A stretch of DNA of 64,000 nt from Macrostomum lignano (Eukaryota), in the NCBI GenBank assembly GCA_002269645.1, contig NIVC01001048.1:104462-168461 (forward strand). Reading direction: 5' to 3'. The notes beneath the pieces are model-generated. The model was not told where the DNA came from. It saw only the letters and a program-made list of their open reading frames with translations, and did not search any database. This document shows, piece after piece, positions 22,854-34,752 of the stretch (positions are counted from its first letter, which is position 1; each line of letters starts with the position of its first letter). Both the position numbers and the translations under genes were made by a program.

Positions 22854-25800
22854 CTAAAACGGACAGTATCCTCACCAGCCAGAATGCCGTCCTTGGGCAG
22901 CACAAACCGGGTGGCGGGGTCGGAGTCGGGGTCGAAGGTGTCCACATTAAGCGTGTACAGCTGGATCAGGTCGTCAGCTTTGAAATGCCGATCGATCTGA
23001 TGCTCGTCGACCACCCGCTGGCTGAGGGACTGCTTGGTGACCTGCCTGTCGTAGATCTTCTCCTCCATGGTGCCCTGGGCCACCAGGCGATAGACGTACA
23101 CAGGTTTGGTCTGGCCGAACCGGTAGGTGCGGAAAATCGACTGAATATCGTGCGACGGATTCCAGCTGACGTCGAAGATGACCACCCGATTAGCCGCGGG
23201 GAGATTAACGCCTGGGATTAGCAAATTATAGGATGCGACATTATTTTAATTTTAGTATAAAAAAATGCCCCTAATATACTGATTATTGATTAATATGCCC
23301 GCAAATGGGAATCGAACTCAGGACAAGAAAGTTAAGCATGGTTGACAGCGGTTAGTTCGCTAATTTGCTAATCAGTAGGAACTGCGGACACCTGGGGGTT
23401 ACGGACAAAACCAAGGCAATTTCAAAGATCTGTTTTATTTATATAAAGCATAAAAAGTTTGTTCTAATGTTACACCCGAGACAGCAAGCAATCAAGCAAG
23501 GTGATGTGCCAGCGGCCCAGGCTCGATTCCAAGTGCAGTCGCATTAATTTGGAGCTAAACTGGAATCAAACAACCCTCAATGCACAGTTAAGTGTACATG
23601 CCTAACGACAGATAAAGTTAGGGGGCCGCTGTACACTCCTGTGTGAGTGTGTGCCTGTGCGTTTGACTGCGTACGTATCCGCGCGCTTGTGTGCCTGCTC
23701 AGGGGAGTCGGCGAAATGGGCAGCAATGCCTCTCGCCGGTTGTGTGACAATGTCGCTTAAAGTGCGCCAGGGTGCACAGCCCCCTACCTCTAAATGTCGC
23801 TAATGTCTGTCTAAATGACAATCTACCCGCTTCTCTAACTTCTGAGAAGCTTTGAGGTATGACTTTCATGAGTGTGACCCGGAAATCCCACTCACCCAGT
23901 CCGCCAGCCTTGGTGCTGATCAGAAACAGCCGCAGGCGAAGATCGTCCACCCTGTTGAAAGCCTCGGACATAGCCTTGCGAGTCTGTGCGGCAGTGGAGC
24001 CGTCCAGTCTCAGGTAGTCCCTGCCCTGCTCCCACGAGTTGAACCCCAGCTCAGACCGGAACGGGGATCCTTCACCCAGGTCGTGAAATCGGCCAAGAAA
24101 ATGCTCAATAACATTCAGCGACAGCAGAGACTGTGAGAACACCAGCAGTTTGTCTCCAATATCGTTGCACATCTTCATGATGCTGAATAGGATGTACAGC
24201 TTGCCGCTGATGGACACATCATTGGCCATGTCCTCGTTGTAGAGCGAGTGCCACCACTCCTCCTGGGTGGAGGTGGGCGCCGGAGCCTCCGCGTCGCCAG
24301 TGAGGTCGATGGTTGGACTGCCCTGTCGGGTGTGCCGCGTCCGACGTACAACCGGCGCGGAGTCCGACTTATTCTTTGACTCTTTGTTTTGGTCTTTGTC
24401 ATCGTCGGAATTGTCGGAGCTGCTGGAACCGCTGTCTGATTCAGAATCTTCCTCTTCTTCATCATCGATAAAATCGGCTTCCTCTTCTTCGGATTCTTCT
24501 TTAAGCCGGCGGAGCAGCATCTCCTCTTCGTGCAGCTTCAGGGTGTAGGGGTGAGTCCACACTCGGTACAGGACTTGGTTGTCGGCGAATAGCGAGATGC
24601 CGCCCTGCGACAGTCGGGGCCGCACCTGGTCCAGGTAGGTCTGGTAGAGCTTGATCTGGAGGGCAGAGTTTGTGGCCGGTTTAGGGCGATTCTCATTGGC
24701 TGGTGTAAGGGCGATTCTCATTGGCTAGTGTAGGAGCGATTCTCATTGGCTAGTGTAGGAGCGATTCTCATTGGCTGGTGTAGGGGCGATTCTCATTGGC
24801 TGGTGTAGGGGCGATTCTCATTGGCTGGTGTAGGGGCGATTCTCATTGGCTGCTGCAGGGGCGATTCTCATTGGCTGGTGTAGGGGCGATTCTCATTGGA
24901 TGGTGTAAGGGCGATTCTCATTGGCTAGTGTAGGAGCGATTCTCATTGGCTGGTGTAGGGGCGATTCTCATTGGCTGGTGTAGGGGCGATTCTCATTGGC
25001 TGGTGTAGGGGCGATTCTCATTGGCTGCTGCAGGGGCGATTCTCATTGGCTGGTGTAGGGGCGATTCTCATTGGATGGTGTAAGGGCGATTCTCATTGGC
25101 TGGTGTATGGGCGATTCTTGAAGGCGATAAAAAGGCGATTTTTAAAGGCGATAAAAAGGCGATTTTTGAAGATAAAAATGAAGCGATTCTACTCAGCAAC
25201 ACTACCAGAATAAAGCGATTTTAAAAAATGCTCTTAGGTTCCAAAGCTGCAACTTAAAAACAACAAAGATGAACATCCAGCCCTACCTGAACCTCGCTCA
25301 GCCTGACGCTAATGATGTACTCGTACTTCGGCGGCAGGTACTTAGTCAGGGCCGAATAATCTCGCCGATGCACGCAACCGTCCAACATTTTGTGCAGCAC
25401 GTGAGCTCGCCGTTTCATAACCCGAACGTCCAGAGCCGTACTGTCAGCGTGCTGCCCGTTCACAATGGGATTAACAAACCGATTAGCAAACTCCTTAGCT
25501 GTGCCCAGCAGATTCGGTTTGACAAAATTCACCATAGTGTAATATTCGTTGAGATTGTTCTGCAAAGGTGTCCCTGTCAGAACGATGCGCCGTCTAGTTC
25601 GCATCTCGTTCATCACTTTGGCCAAGCCGGTGGAGCCCGACTTCAGGATGTGGCCTTCGTCGCAGACTACTACATCGGGGCCAGGGTCGAGCAGGGCCTG
25701 GGTTGGTGGGGAGGGGGTACAGGTAATTAGGTAGATAATACATGCCATTGAAGATTAGATTACAAATCAATACCTACTAGATAAGCACTGCTTCAAATGA

Positions 25801-28800
25801 AAACAAATAGTAATTTTCTAGATTAGCTAGTATCTTAATCTAATCTCGTCCTATAGATAAGCCACCAGTGTCTTGAATCTAATCTTGTCCTATAGATAAG
25901 CCACCAGTGTCTTGAATCTAATCTCATCCTGTAGTTTATTCAGTGACTTAATCTAATCTCATCCTGTAGATTATTCAGTGACTTAATCCAATCTCATTCT
26001 GTAGATTATTCAGTGACTTAATCTAATCTCATCCTGTAGATTATTTAGTGTCTTAGTCTAATCTCACCCTATATATTAGCCGAGTCTTAACCTAATCTCA
26101 ACCTTTAGATTAGCCGTGTCTTAATCTAATCTCACCCTATAGATTAACCAGTGTCTTAATATAATTTCACCCTATAGATTTGCAGTGATTTAACCTAATC
26201 TCACCCTATAGATTAGCCGTGTCTTAACCTAATTTCGCCCTATAGATTAGCCGTGTCTTAATCTTATCTTACCCTATTGATTAGTTTCATCTGAATCAGA
26301 ATCTCATCTCTAGATTAGCCTTATCTCTCAATGAGAATCTCATCTCTAGATTAGCGCCATCAATCAGAATCTTATTCTTAGAAATTAAAACCAATTTTGA
26401 AGCAATACCTGACGAAAAATTTCGCGATTCTTCTTCTGCCGAATATTCCGTCCCGAGGCCAAGTTTCTAAACATATCGTAGTTGACAATGAGCACCCCGC
26501 CATTGCGCAGGAAGCCTTGACAGTGTGCTAGTCGCATTTTATTATCCTTCACCGTGGCAATCTCTTGCACATCAACAATGTCATCCTCTGACGAGTCCTC
26601 AAGCCACATACGAAATTCGTTACGCCAATTAAGCACCGTATTCAACGGGCAGACAATCAGAGCGGAACGAACTTTCAGCTTATCCGGATACCGAAACAGC
26701 GTGTGCAAGAATGAAATGGTCGACAGAGTCTTGCCAAGCCCCATACAGTGAGCCAGAATACAGCCTGAGCCTTCCGGCTGTCGCTTGAACTGCTCCAGAC
26801 TTTCATAGAGACACTCGTACTGAAACTGCACCGCTTCAACCTGATGCGGCTTTAGTTTGGTGCAAATATTCGGACTGACTTCAATCACTGGCTCGCGTGT
26901 CTCCGGATTCCGTTCCAGCACCAGCTGTTTAGTGATGACAATCTGATTCGGGCCGCTATCATCTAGCACCTCTTGCACAATGTTCTCATTGTATTTCCGT
27001 TGCATTTCAGCGACTCGCCGTCTGCGATCTTTCTCAGCTAGTTCGGCTTCTTTAGTGACGCTGCTGAGTTTATTAACCTTCATAATGCGCTTGATATTGC
27101 GCCGTCCAGTTGCCTTGTCCTCGTCGTCCTCATCTTCTTCTTGGTCGCCGACGTCGGCAATTCGTTCGTCGTCGGAAGTTTTCTTCTTTTTCTTGCCGAT
27201 TTCAACAAAGTCCTCGTCGCTATCCTCTCTGTCGGCCGCTGATTTGTCCGTCTTGCGGCGCTTGCCAAAGCGGCCACCGCCTCCGCCGCCGCCACCGCGA
27301 CTTTTTCGAACTTCGCCATCATCCGAATCGGAATCGTCCAGCAAAACAACTCGCTTTCCTTGCTGTTGCTTCTTTTTATCGCTGTCTTTCTTGGAATTTT
27401 TGCTGTGCTTCTTTTTCCCGGAATCTTCACTGTCGGACATGCGGAAATCCGACACGGCCGAGTTCTCAGAGGCGTCGTCATCCACCGATGCCTCCTTGTC
27501 GTCAGCGTCATCATCACTGGCTTCGTTCGAAAAGTCCGAAGAGTCAAACAGCATGTTGTTTTTGCCTTTCTTCTTTTTCTTTTCGGCCTCTCGTTGCTTT
27601 TTCCTCAGTTTCTGTTGAGACGCGCGAATCTCGTCTTGCAGTCGATCAACCTCATCGTCAGACGAAGTGAACAGGCTCAGCTTCTCAGAGGAGGCGTCAC
27701 TGCCATCGTCGGATGACGCGACTTTACGACGATCGCGTTTGGAACGACGCTTGTCGCCATCGTCGCTGTCTTCAGTCTGCTTGTTCCTCTTGCGCTTCTT
27801 ACTGCGATCCGACTCTTTTAATTCATTCTTATCTCGCTTCTTTTTCTTAGTAGCTTTGTCATCATCATCATAATCTGAGTCGGCTTGCTCATCCGACTGG
27901 GACTTCTTCGATTGGCGCTTCTTTGAACCTCGCTTAGCAGCAGCCGAAACAAAATCATCGTCCGAGTTGTCCTCTTCGTCCAGCTCGTCGTCGCTGTCGC
28001 TAGATTTTGCTGATTTCTTCTTTTTAGTCTGCTGAGCAGCCTTCGATTTCGCTTGTCTCGGCTTGTTGCGCCGCTGTTCATTGGATGAACTGTCGTCATC
28101 TGATCGGTCATCATCCCCGTTAACTTTGCCACGGGTCTTTTTCTGCTGCTCAGGTGAAACTTTCTTCTTCGATTTATCTTTGGCAGTCTTTCGGCTAGGC
28201 CCATCAGACGAGCTATCAGAATCGCTTCCAGCGCTATCACCGCCCTTGCCTTTGTCTTTCTGAACAACGGATGGCTTTGTCTTAGCCAATCTAGGCTTAT
28301 TTCGTCGGCGACTTTCATTGTCTTCGTCGCTGTCATCGGCGCTGCCGACAGTTTCAACTTTTGCCGCAGTACGAGGCCTCAGGCGGCTTGACTCAGAGTT
28401 GGAAACCGCTGTGGAGGAGCTGGCCGGACCAACAGCAGCGCTTGATGTCTTATCAAACACTGGAGAGGCGCACTCGCTGCCGTTAGCAGTTTGCAGAACA
28501 TCGTCAGCCAATTCTGGCTCAGACGGTGTTCGGTCTTCTGCTTCAATTGCAGCTTCTGCTGGCTCAGCATCGGCTAGAGCCTCAGCCTCCGACTCAGAGC
28601 TAATTAGCACAGCAGGCTCAGCTATCTCATCTTCAATATCAGGTTCAGCCCGTTTCGAACTGGAAACTTTAGGCGTCTCTTTCATTCGACGACGCGAAGG
28701 CGGTTTCGACTGCACAGGGGTCTCTTTCTGCCGCTTCTCCTGCTCAGAATTATTTTCCAACTCAACGTCTTCATCTGCATCAGCAAAGTTTGAGCCGCTG

Positions 28801-29402
28801 CCAGTTGGATTAATACCTTCAATCACTTGATCGGCTAGTTCAAGCTCGCGCTCAATATCGCTTAGATGCGGCGACGATCTATCATGATTTAATTCTTCAT
28901 CATCACCAGCTTCTTCAATGTTGTCTTCATCATTATTATTCTCGTTTTCTACATCACTGTCGTCATCAGCACCATTGTGCATCTCTTCTTGATTGTCGTT
29001 ATCTTGATTAGCCTCCTCATCTGTCGTCGGCAGCTCATCCTCGTCCATGCCGTCGATGCTAGATTGACGTTCGGTACGTCGCATTTGCTTTTTCTTTATA
29101 CGACGTTGAAGAAAAACACTTTCCTCTGTTCCACCTGCATCTTCTGGCTTCTGTTCTAATTCTACACTGTCATCAACATTAATATCAGCCTCCATATTTT
29201 CCTCATCATCATCAGCATTACTGTCCAATTCTGATGCGATTTCGTCTTCATCACTGGCGGAAGAATCCGGAGCGGGTCGCTTCATAGAGCATCGACGCAG
29301 GTAGCTGGCGTGCTGAAGAGCCGCTTTAGCGGCCTCACTGTCGGCCTGGCTGATCACAACTGCCGGATAGCAGAAGTCGCTCAGCTTCCAGTCGAAATCC
29401 AT
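20790..29402 (-). CDS. ATRX: ATRX/XNP SNF2-family chromatin remodeller, 5 coding exons (29402-26409, 25697-25287, 24655-23896, 23211-22876, 21439-20790), about 1716 aa
   Basis: Long acidic/Lys-rich N-terminus; [12 protein letters not shown]; [16 protein letters not shown]; [13 protein letters not shown]; [15 protein letters not shown]; [10 protein letters not shown]; KLLVFSQSL; RLDGST; [15 protein letters not shown]; [33 protein letters not shown]; [10 protein letters not shown]; Q-rich tail. Intron phases 0,0,1,1 are consistent and the total of 5151 nt is divisible by 3. The true 5' end is uncertain. Confidence 0.93.
21510..22855. repeat. (GACA)n microsatellite filling the last ATRX intron
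   Basis: Directly visible. It explains the SVCL-repeat ORFs. Confidence 0.98.
22876..23211 (-). CDS. ATRX: ATRX exon (motif VI)
   Basis: Acceptor TCCCAG; [14 protein letters not shown]...LPKDGILA; donor G|GTGAGG. Confidence 0.92.
23896..24655 (-). CDS. ATRX: ATRX exon (acidic insert, helicase C-lobe)
   Basis: Acceptor CTCCAG; IKLYQTYL...ISTKAGGL; donor G|GTGAGT. Confidence 0.92.
24685..25115. repeat. 25-bp minisatellite, about 17 copies (GGCGATTCTCATTGGCTGGTGTAGG), in an ATRX intron
   Basis: Directly visible. Confidence 0.95.
25287..25697 (-). CDS. ATRX: ATRX exon (DEGH motif II, motif III)
   Basis: Acceptor ACCCAG; [16 protein letters not shown]...VRLSEVQ; donor CAG|GTAGGG. Confidence 0.92.
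25840..26380. repeat. Degenerate ~35-bp tandem repeat (TTAATCTAATCTCACCCTATAGATTAGCCGTGTC) in an ATRX intron
   Basis: Directly visible. It shares the TAATCTCACC core with the P450 intron-4 repeat. Confidence 0.85.
26409..29402 (-). CDS. ATRX: ATRX large exon (low-complexity region to helicase motifs I/Ia)
   Basis: ORF 26385-29405; donor CAG|GTATTG at 26408. Confidence 0.92.
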
Positions 29403-30454
29403 CAAGAATTCAAAATTAAATAATGACGACGTAGTAGCAATACAGTTATAACCACGTAAGAATACTAAACCTTACAGGCTCAAACAGATTTTGGAAACAT
29501 AGGGTAACCTGCTGGATTAACTACTAGGTGAAACTACGTACACCCGCTGACTATAAATACGTACCTCCATAGACTAAAATTCACCTATACTAATACACAA
29601 TGTGTTTAATACACGGGGTTTATTTTTATTTCTTAATGATTTCATTTGATTTAGAACATGACAAATTGGCGTGATCACTTTTTAATAATGAGTTGACACA
29701 TGAGTTGACACATCTCGGGACTTTAGGATGTGTGATCACGAACATTTTCTTTAATCGATTATGTTGTATTAATATAGCCTGTCCAGGATTGCTATGGGAG
29801 GTTGGACCATAGACAACGCAACTAAGCCACCACTAGCAAATGTTTTTAAATCCAATCGTGTCTTGAACTGAGGAACAGAAAAAAAGAGAACACAAATAAC
29901 TACTAAATCGTAAATGAAAGGAGAAAAAAGCTAAGAAGATTCAATGTGTATTGATTTTTTGGAAATTCTAATCTTTGTTAAAAAGGCTACAGCAAAAAAG
30001 TTAAAAAAACAAACAACAAATAATAGTAGAGGTTATGCACTGTATAAAATGTTGCAGTCTGAAAGCAATTTAATTAAACAGTGGGAAAGGCTACGCTTGA
30101 AGACAGACCTTTGTATTGAAAGTTCTATTGTAGTCTATTGTAAGTATAATAATCAGAGCGTTTTGTGTCATTAGTAATAAATAGCGTTTTGCATTACTGG
30201 TAATATTATTATAATAACGGTTTAAAAACCATCTGCATTCAACATGTAACTTGTAAGAATTCAATGGTAGGGCACTTTAACTGGCAGTCACAATCGAATA
30301 TTTTCATATCGATTATTTCAGTTAGTAAAATCTGGAGAACCATCAGTTAGAGATATCAGTAGAACCTAAAGACAAAAAAAGTAAATTAGTGGGATATCAG
30401 TAGAACTTATTAACTAAGAATCTTGGAGGGTGCTCAGTATACACTGTGAATCTG

Positions 30455-30810
30455 GGTGTCAGCAGAACCTAAGGATCTTGGAGTATGTCAGCAGAACCTG
30501 AGGATCTTGGCAGTATGTCAGTAGAACCTGAGGATCTGGGAGGGTGTCAGTAGAACCTGAGGATCTGGGAGGGTGTCAGTAGAACCTGAGGATCTGGGAG
30601 GGTGTCAGTAGAACCTGAGGATCTGGGTGTCAGTAGAACCTGAGAATCTGAGAGGGTGTCAGTAGAATCTGAGAATCTGGGAGGTTGTCAGTAGAATCTG
30701 AGGATTAGGGAGGTTGTCAGTAGAATCTGAGAATCTGGGAGGGTGTCAGTAGAATCTGAGAATCTGGGAGGTTGTCAGTAGAACCTGAGGATCTGGGAGG
30801 TTGCCAGTAA
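30455..30810. repeat. 29-bp minisatellite (GAACCTGAGGATCTGGGAGGGTGTCAGTA), about 12 copies
   Basis: Directly visible. Confidence 0.92.
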
Positions 30811-31267
30811 AAAAGTTTAAATTTTTAGCAGAATCGAGTAACCTTGGGTTAAACGATGTACGGTAAAATTAGCTTTAAAGAACTTCAAATTCCAGGATAT
30901 CTTAAAAGATAAGTACACAATCATAAAAAGCGATCTAATAAACGAGTTTACAGTAAGCTTTAAAACATGGTAAAAATATAAACAAGCACCAAGACTTTAC
31001 TTTAAAAAATTAAAAGCTATTTTAAAAAACTTGTTTGAAATAACTTTAGGATTTGTTTGGCATTGAAAATCGCCCCCCTACACGATTGGCGCAGTTCGCA
31101 AATAAAAATACCTTGAACACATCTTTGTGGCAAAGTAGAATAGTAAAATATTCAAATGTTTAATTGCAATAATCCTGCTTCTGAAGCTAAACATCTCAAA
31201 AATGGTCCAGTCATCAGTTTCTATTTTCTATCAAACTTGTAAAAGTATAAGGAGCACGGAAAATTAA

Positions 31268-32284
31268 TTATTGGAAATTTATCAAAAAATCGCGGATTTT
31301 TTTATATGATAAAAAAACAAACTGTGATATATACACGTTGTTGTCTGTAGCAAAACAGGAATCAAATAAGGCATACTGATCCGTTTTACTATCACGCATA
31401 ACACAAACTGCATGTTCAGAATTATATATACCACAAATGAAACCGCAGACTTTATTAAAATCTATTTCCAGTAAATCGAGTTGTGTAATCGATTGAACTT
31501 CATCATAACGCAGGTAAAAATCTGGCCATAAAGTGCGGCCATGGTGAAAAATCGTGTTACTAAGATGAGATAATTTTAGCAAACTATTTTCTGGCAATTT
31601 TTCTTGAGATAGGCAATACTTATAAATACGTTCACCTAACTTTAAAACAAAATCAACATCTTCTTTGAATTTAAAGAAATCTAAACTTCCACCGAATCTG
31701 TAATGCAATAAAGCAGCAGCGGCAGACACTGCTAAGCACATTGGTTGACCCATTATTGCATTAGAAGATATAGTTTTCTCTATGAAATTGTTTGCTTCGA
31801 TAACATACTTTGGAACAATGAGCCTTCGAAATTCAGGGTGATCAAGCTCATGTATAAATAATTCGTCGAGACTTTCAAGCAATTTTGCATACTTGTCGGA
31901 TGCTGAAGACGGACGTGTTGCATCAATTTTTGCTTTGACGAGCTGGGAAAACTTAACAAGGGCATCAAACAAGCTTTCGGCAGACACTGCTAAGCACATT
32001 GGTTGACCCATTATTGCATTAGAAGATATAGTTTTCTCTATGAAATTGTTTGCTTCGATAACATACTTTGGAACAATGAGCCTTCGAAATTCAGGGTGAT
32101 CAAGCTCATGTATAAATACTTCGTAGAGACTTCTAAGCCATTCCGCATACTTTTCGGATTCTGGAAACGGACGTGTTGCATCAATTTTTGCTTTGATGAG
32201 GCAGGCCAACTTAAAACAAGCATAAAAAAAGCTTCCGTTGTTCAAAGAAATTTCATTTTCAATCTGGCCGGTATTGTCTGACAT
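31268..32284 (-). CDS. Hypothetical protein with an internal 86-aa duplication and a divergent herpes-tegument (peptidase C76)-like domain; catalytic His replaced by Cys (FDSC)
   Basis: Stop-free AT-rich ORF (open from 32368; likely ATG at 32284, MSDNTGQ). 258-bp direct duplication. The C-terminal half aligns by eye with the neighbouring gene: MCLAVSAAAALLH vs QCMAMSMAFIRLH; DVDFVLKLGERIYKYCLSQEKLPENSLL vs ILDVVLNIGHQLYETCIKANRLPNNQHL; HAVCVMRD..YALFDSC vs RAVAVTRD..LFLFDSH. Confidence 0.7.
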   Translation of the reverse strand: MSDNTGQIENEISLNNGSFFYACFKLACLIKAKIDATRPFPESEKYAEWLRSLYEVFIHELDHPEFRRLIVPKYVIEANNFIEKTISSNAIMGQPMCLAVSAESLFDALVKFSQLVKAKIDATRPSSASDKYAKLLESLDELFIHELDHPEFRRLIVPKYVIEANNFIEKTISSNAIMGQPMCLAVSAAAALLHYRFGGSLDFFKFKEDVDFVLKLGERIYKYCLSQEKLPENSLLKLSHLSNTIFHHGRTLWPDFYLRYDEVQSITQLDLLEIDFNKVCGFICGIYNSEHAVCVMRDSKTDQYALFDSCFATDNNVYISQFVFLSYKKIRDFLINFQ

Positions 32285-32404
32285 GATTGTAACATGCAAA
32301 AATATAGGAGAATAGTTAGCTACAAAGTACAAAAACAGCGAGAATATTGTATGAATACATCTGTCCAAGCAACGGCACTGAGTGAAGGAGGTTGTCCTAA
32401 CTTG

Positions 32405-33868
32405 AGGGTATGGGAGGTTGTCAGAACCAGGGGGTATGGGAGGTTGTCAGAACCAGGGGGTATGGGAGGTTGTCAGAACCGGAGGGTATGGGAGGTTGTC
32501 AGAACCGGAGGGTATTGGAGGCATTGGAGGTTGTATATGGTTCATAATAAAACTTCAAAAAAGAATTTCATTGCGAGTGCTTGGAATCAATAACGATTTT
32601 TTATCCCAACCATACTTTGAAAGGGTGATAAAAATTAAAGATCTGAGAGGGTTTCACTAGAACCTGGGAATCTGAGAGGGTGTCCCTGAGAGGGTGTCGC
32701 TAGAACCTGCGGATCTGAGAGGGTGTCCCTAGAACATGGGGATCTGAGAGGGTTCGCTAGAACCTGCGGATCTGAGAGGGTGTCCCTAGAACATGGGGAT
32801 CTGAGAGGGTGTCCCTAGAACCTGGGGATCTGAGAGGGTGTCCCTAGAACCTGCGGATCTGAGAGGGTGTCCCTAGAACCTGGGATCTGAGAGGGTGTCC
32901 CTAGAACCTGGGATCTGAGAGGGTGTCCCTAGAACCTGGGATCTGAGAGGGTGTCCCTAGAACCTGGGGATCTGAGAGGGTGTCACTAGAACCTGGGATC
33001 TGAGAGGGTGTCCCTAGAACCTGGGATCTGAGAGGGTGTCCTAGAACCTGGGATCTGAGAGGGTGTCCCTAGAACCTGGGGATCTGAGAGGGTGTCCTAG
33101 AACCTGGGATCTGAGAGGGTGTCCCTAGAACCTGGGGATCTGAGAGGGTGTCACTGGAACCTGGGAATCTGAGAGGGTGTCCCTAGAACCCTGGGATCTG
33201 AGAGGGTGTCCCTAGAATCCTGGGATCTGAGAGGGTGTCCCTAGAACCCGGGGATCTGAGAGGGTGTCCCTAGAACCCTGGGATCTGAGAGGGTGTCCCT
33301 AGAACCCGAGGATCTGAGAGGGTGTCCCTAGAACCCGGGGATCTGAGAGGGTGTCCCTAGAACCCGGGGATCTGAGAGGGTGTCCCTAGAACCCGGGGAT
33401 CTGAGAGGGTGTCCCTAGAACCCTGGGATCTGAGAGGGTGTCCCTAGAACCCTGGGATCTGAGAGGGTGTCCCTAGAACCCTGGGATCTGAGAGGGTGTC
33501 CCTAGAACCCTGGGATCTGAGAGGGTGTCCCTAGAACCCTGGGATCTGAGAGGGTGTCCCTAGAACCCTGGGATCTGAGAGGGTGTCCCTAGAACCCTGG
33601 GATCTGAGAGGGTGTCCCTAGAACCCTGGGATCTGAGAGGGTGTCCCTAGAACCCTGGGATCTGAGAGGGTGTCCCTAGAACCCGGGGATCTGAGAGGGT
33701 GTCACTAGAACCCGGGGATCTGAGAGGGTGTCCCTAGAACCCGGGGATCTGAGAGGGTGTCACTAGAACCCGGGGATCTGAGAGGGTGTCACTAGAACCC
33801 GGGGATCTGAGAGGGTGTCCCTAGAACCCGGGGATCTGAGAGGGTGTCCCTAGAACCCGGGGATCTGT
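32405..33868. repeat. 28-29-bp minisatellite (GAACCCGGGGATCTGAGAGGGTGTCCCTA; main array 32640-33868, about 42 copies, plus a related block at 32405-32530)
   Basis: Directly visible. Same family as 30455-30810. Confidence 0.95.
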
Positions 33869-34752
33869 GATCCGTCAATTGAGCCTGAAATTTACTTGTA
33901 AGGCCTGTAGTAAGCCTTGACAATATCCGAAACATCCAAAGTAGAAACGTATAAACCGAAGATAAAGAAAAATGGTGGCATTTTAAAACAGTTTTGCTTT
34001 TATTTTGTATGATGATAATAGAATAATAATAGTATGATAATATGAAATAATAAATAGCACTGATTAAAATTGTTTTTTTGAAAAGTCACAATGATGTCAG
34101 ATGTACAAAGTGAAAGTTATACAAAATGACATATGGGAATTACATTACGAGCTACATAAAAAATCCCACATTCTCACATTCTTTGACATTCTATACTTAA
34201 ATAACTGTTAAACGTTACCAAAAAAATTGTGAACAAAACTGAGTTGTGAACGATAGGAGCAGGTTAAAAATATTTCAGAGGAAATATTGCATGAAATTTG
34301 AAAAAAATAAATATATATAAAAGCAACAAGCAAATAATACATATTTATTACTTGTAGAAATGATGTAAAATGTAAATAATGATTCAAATTGCACCACAAA
34401 AAAACAAAACCGAGATGTGAACGACTAAGCTGAACGAACGAGAAGTAAAATATTTCACAGGGGAGATAGCATGAAATTTTCATTTAAAAAATTTAGGACA
34501 GGAAAATATGCGCATATATGAATACATTATGGAGAGTATTTTACAATAGTTACTTTCAAAAAGCCAAAAATTTTTTAAACCAATTACGAGCTAGTTTAAT
34601 TTTAATAGTAAATAATTTTTAATTTAATTTTGAAAAAAGCTTGATTTAATTCAAATAGAAAAATTATGACAAACAAAATATTTTTGTCTCTATAATATTC
34701 CTTTAATTTGAACCATCAGCCATTTAATATCATCCCAGATTTATTTGTATTT

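Noticed and set aside
26554-29159. Antisense and alternative-frame ORFs over the ATRX large exon (also 14807-15415 over P450 exon 2)
   Set aside because: These are shadows of a real low-complexity coding exon and have no independent motifs.
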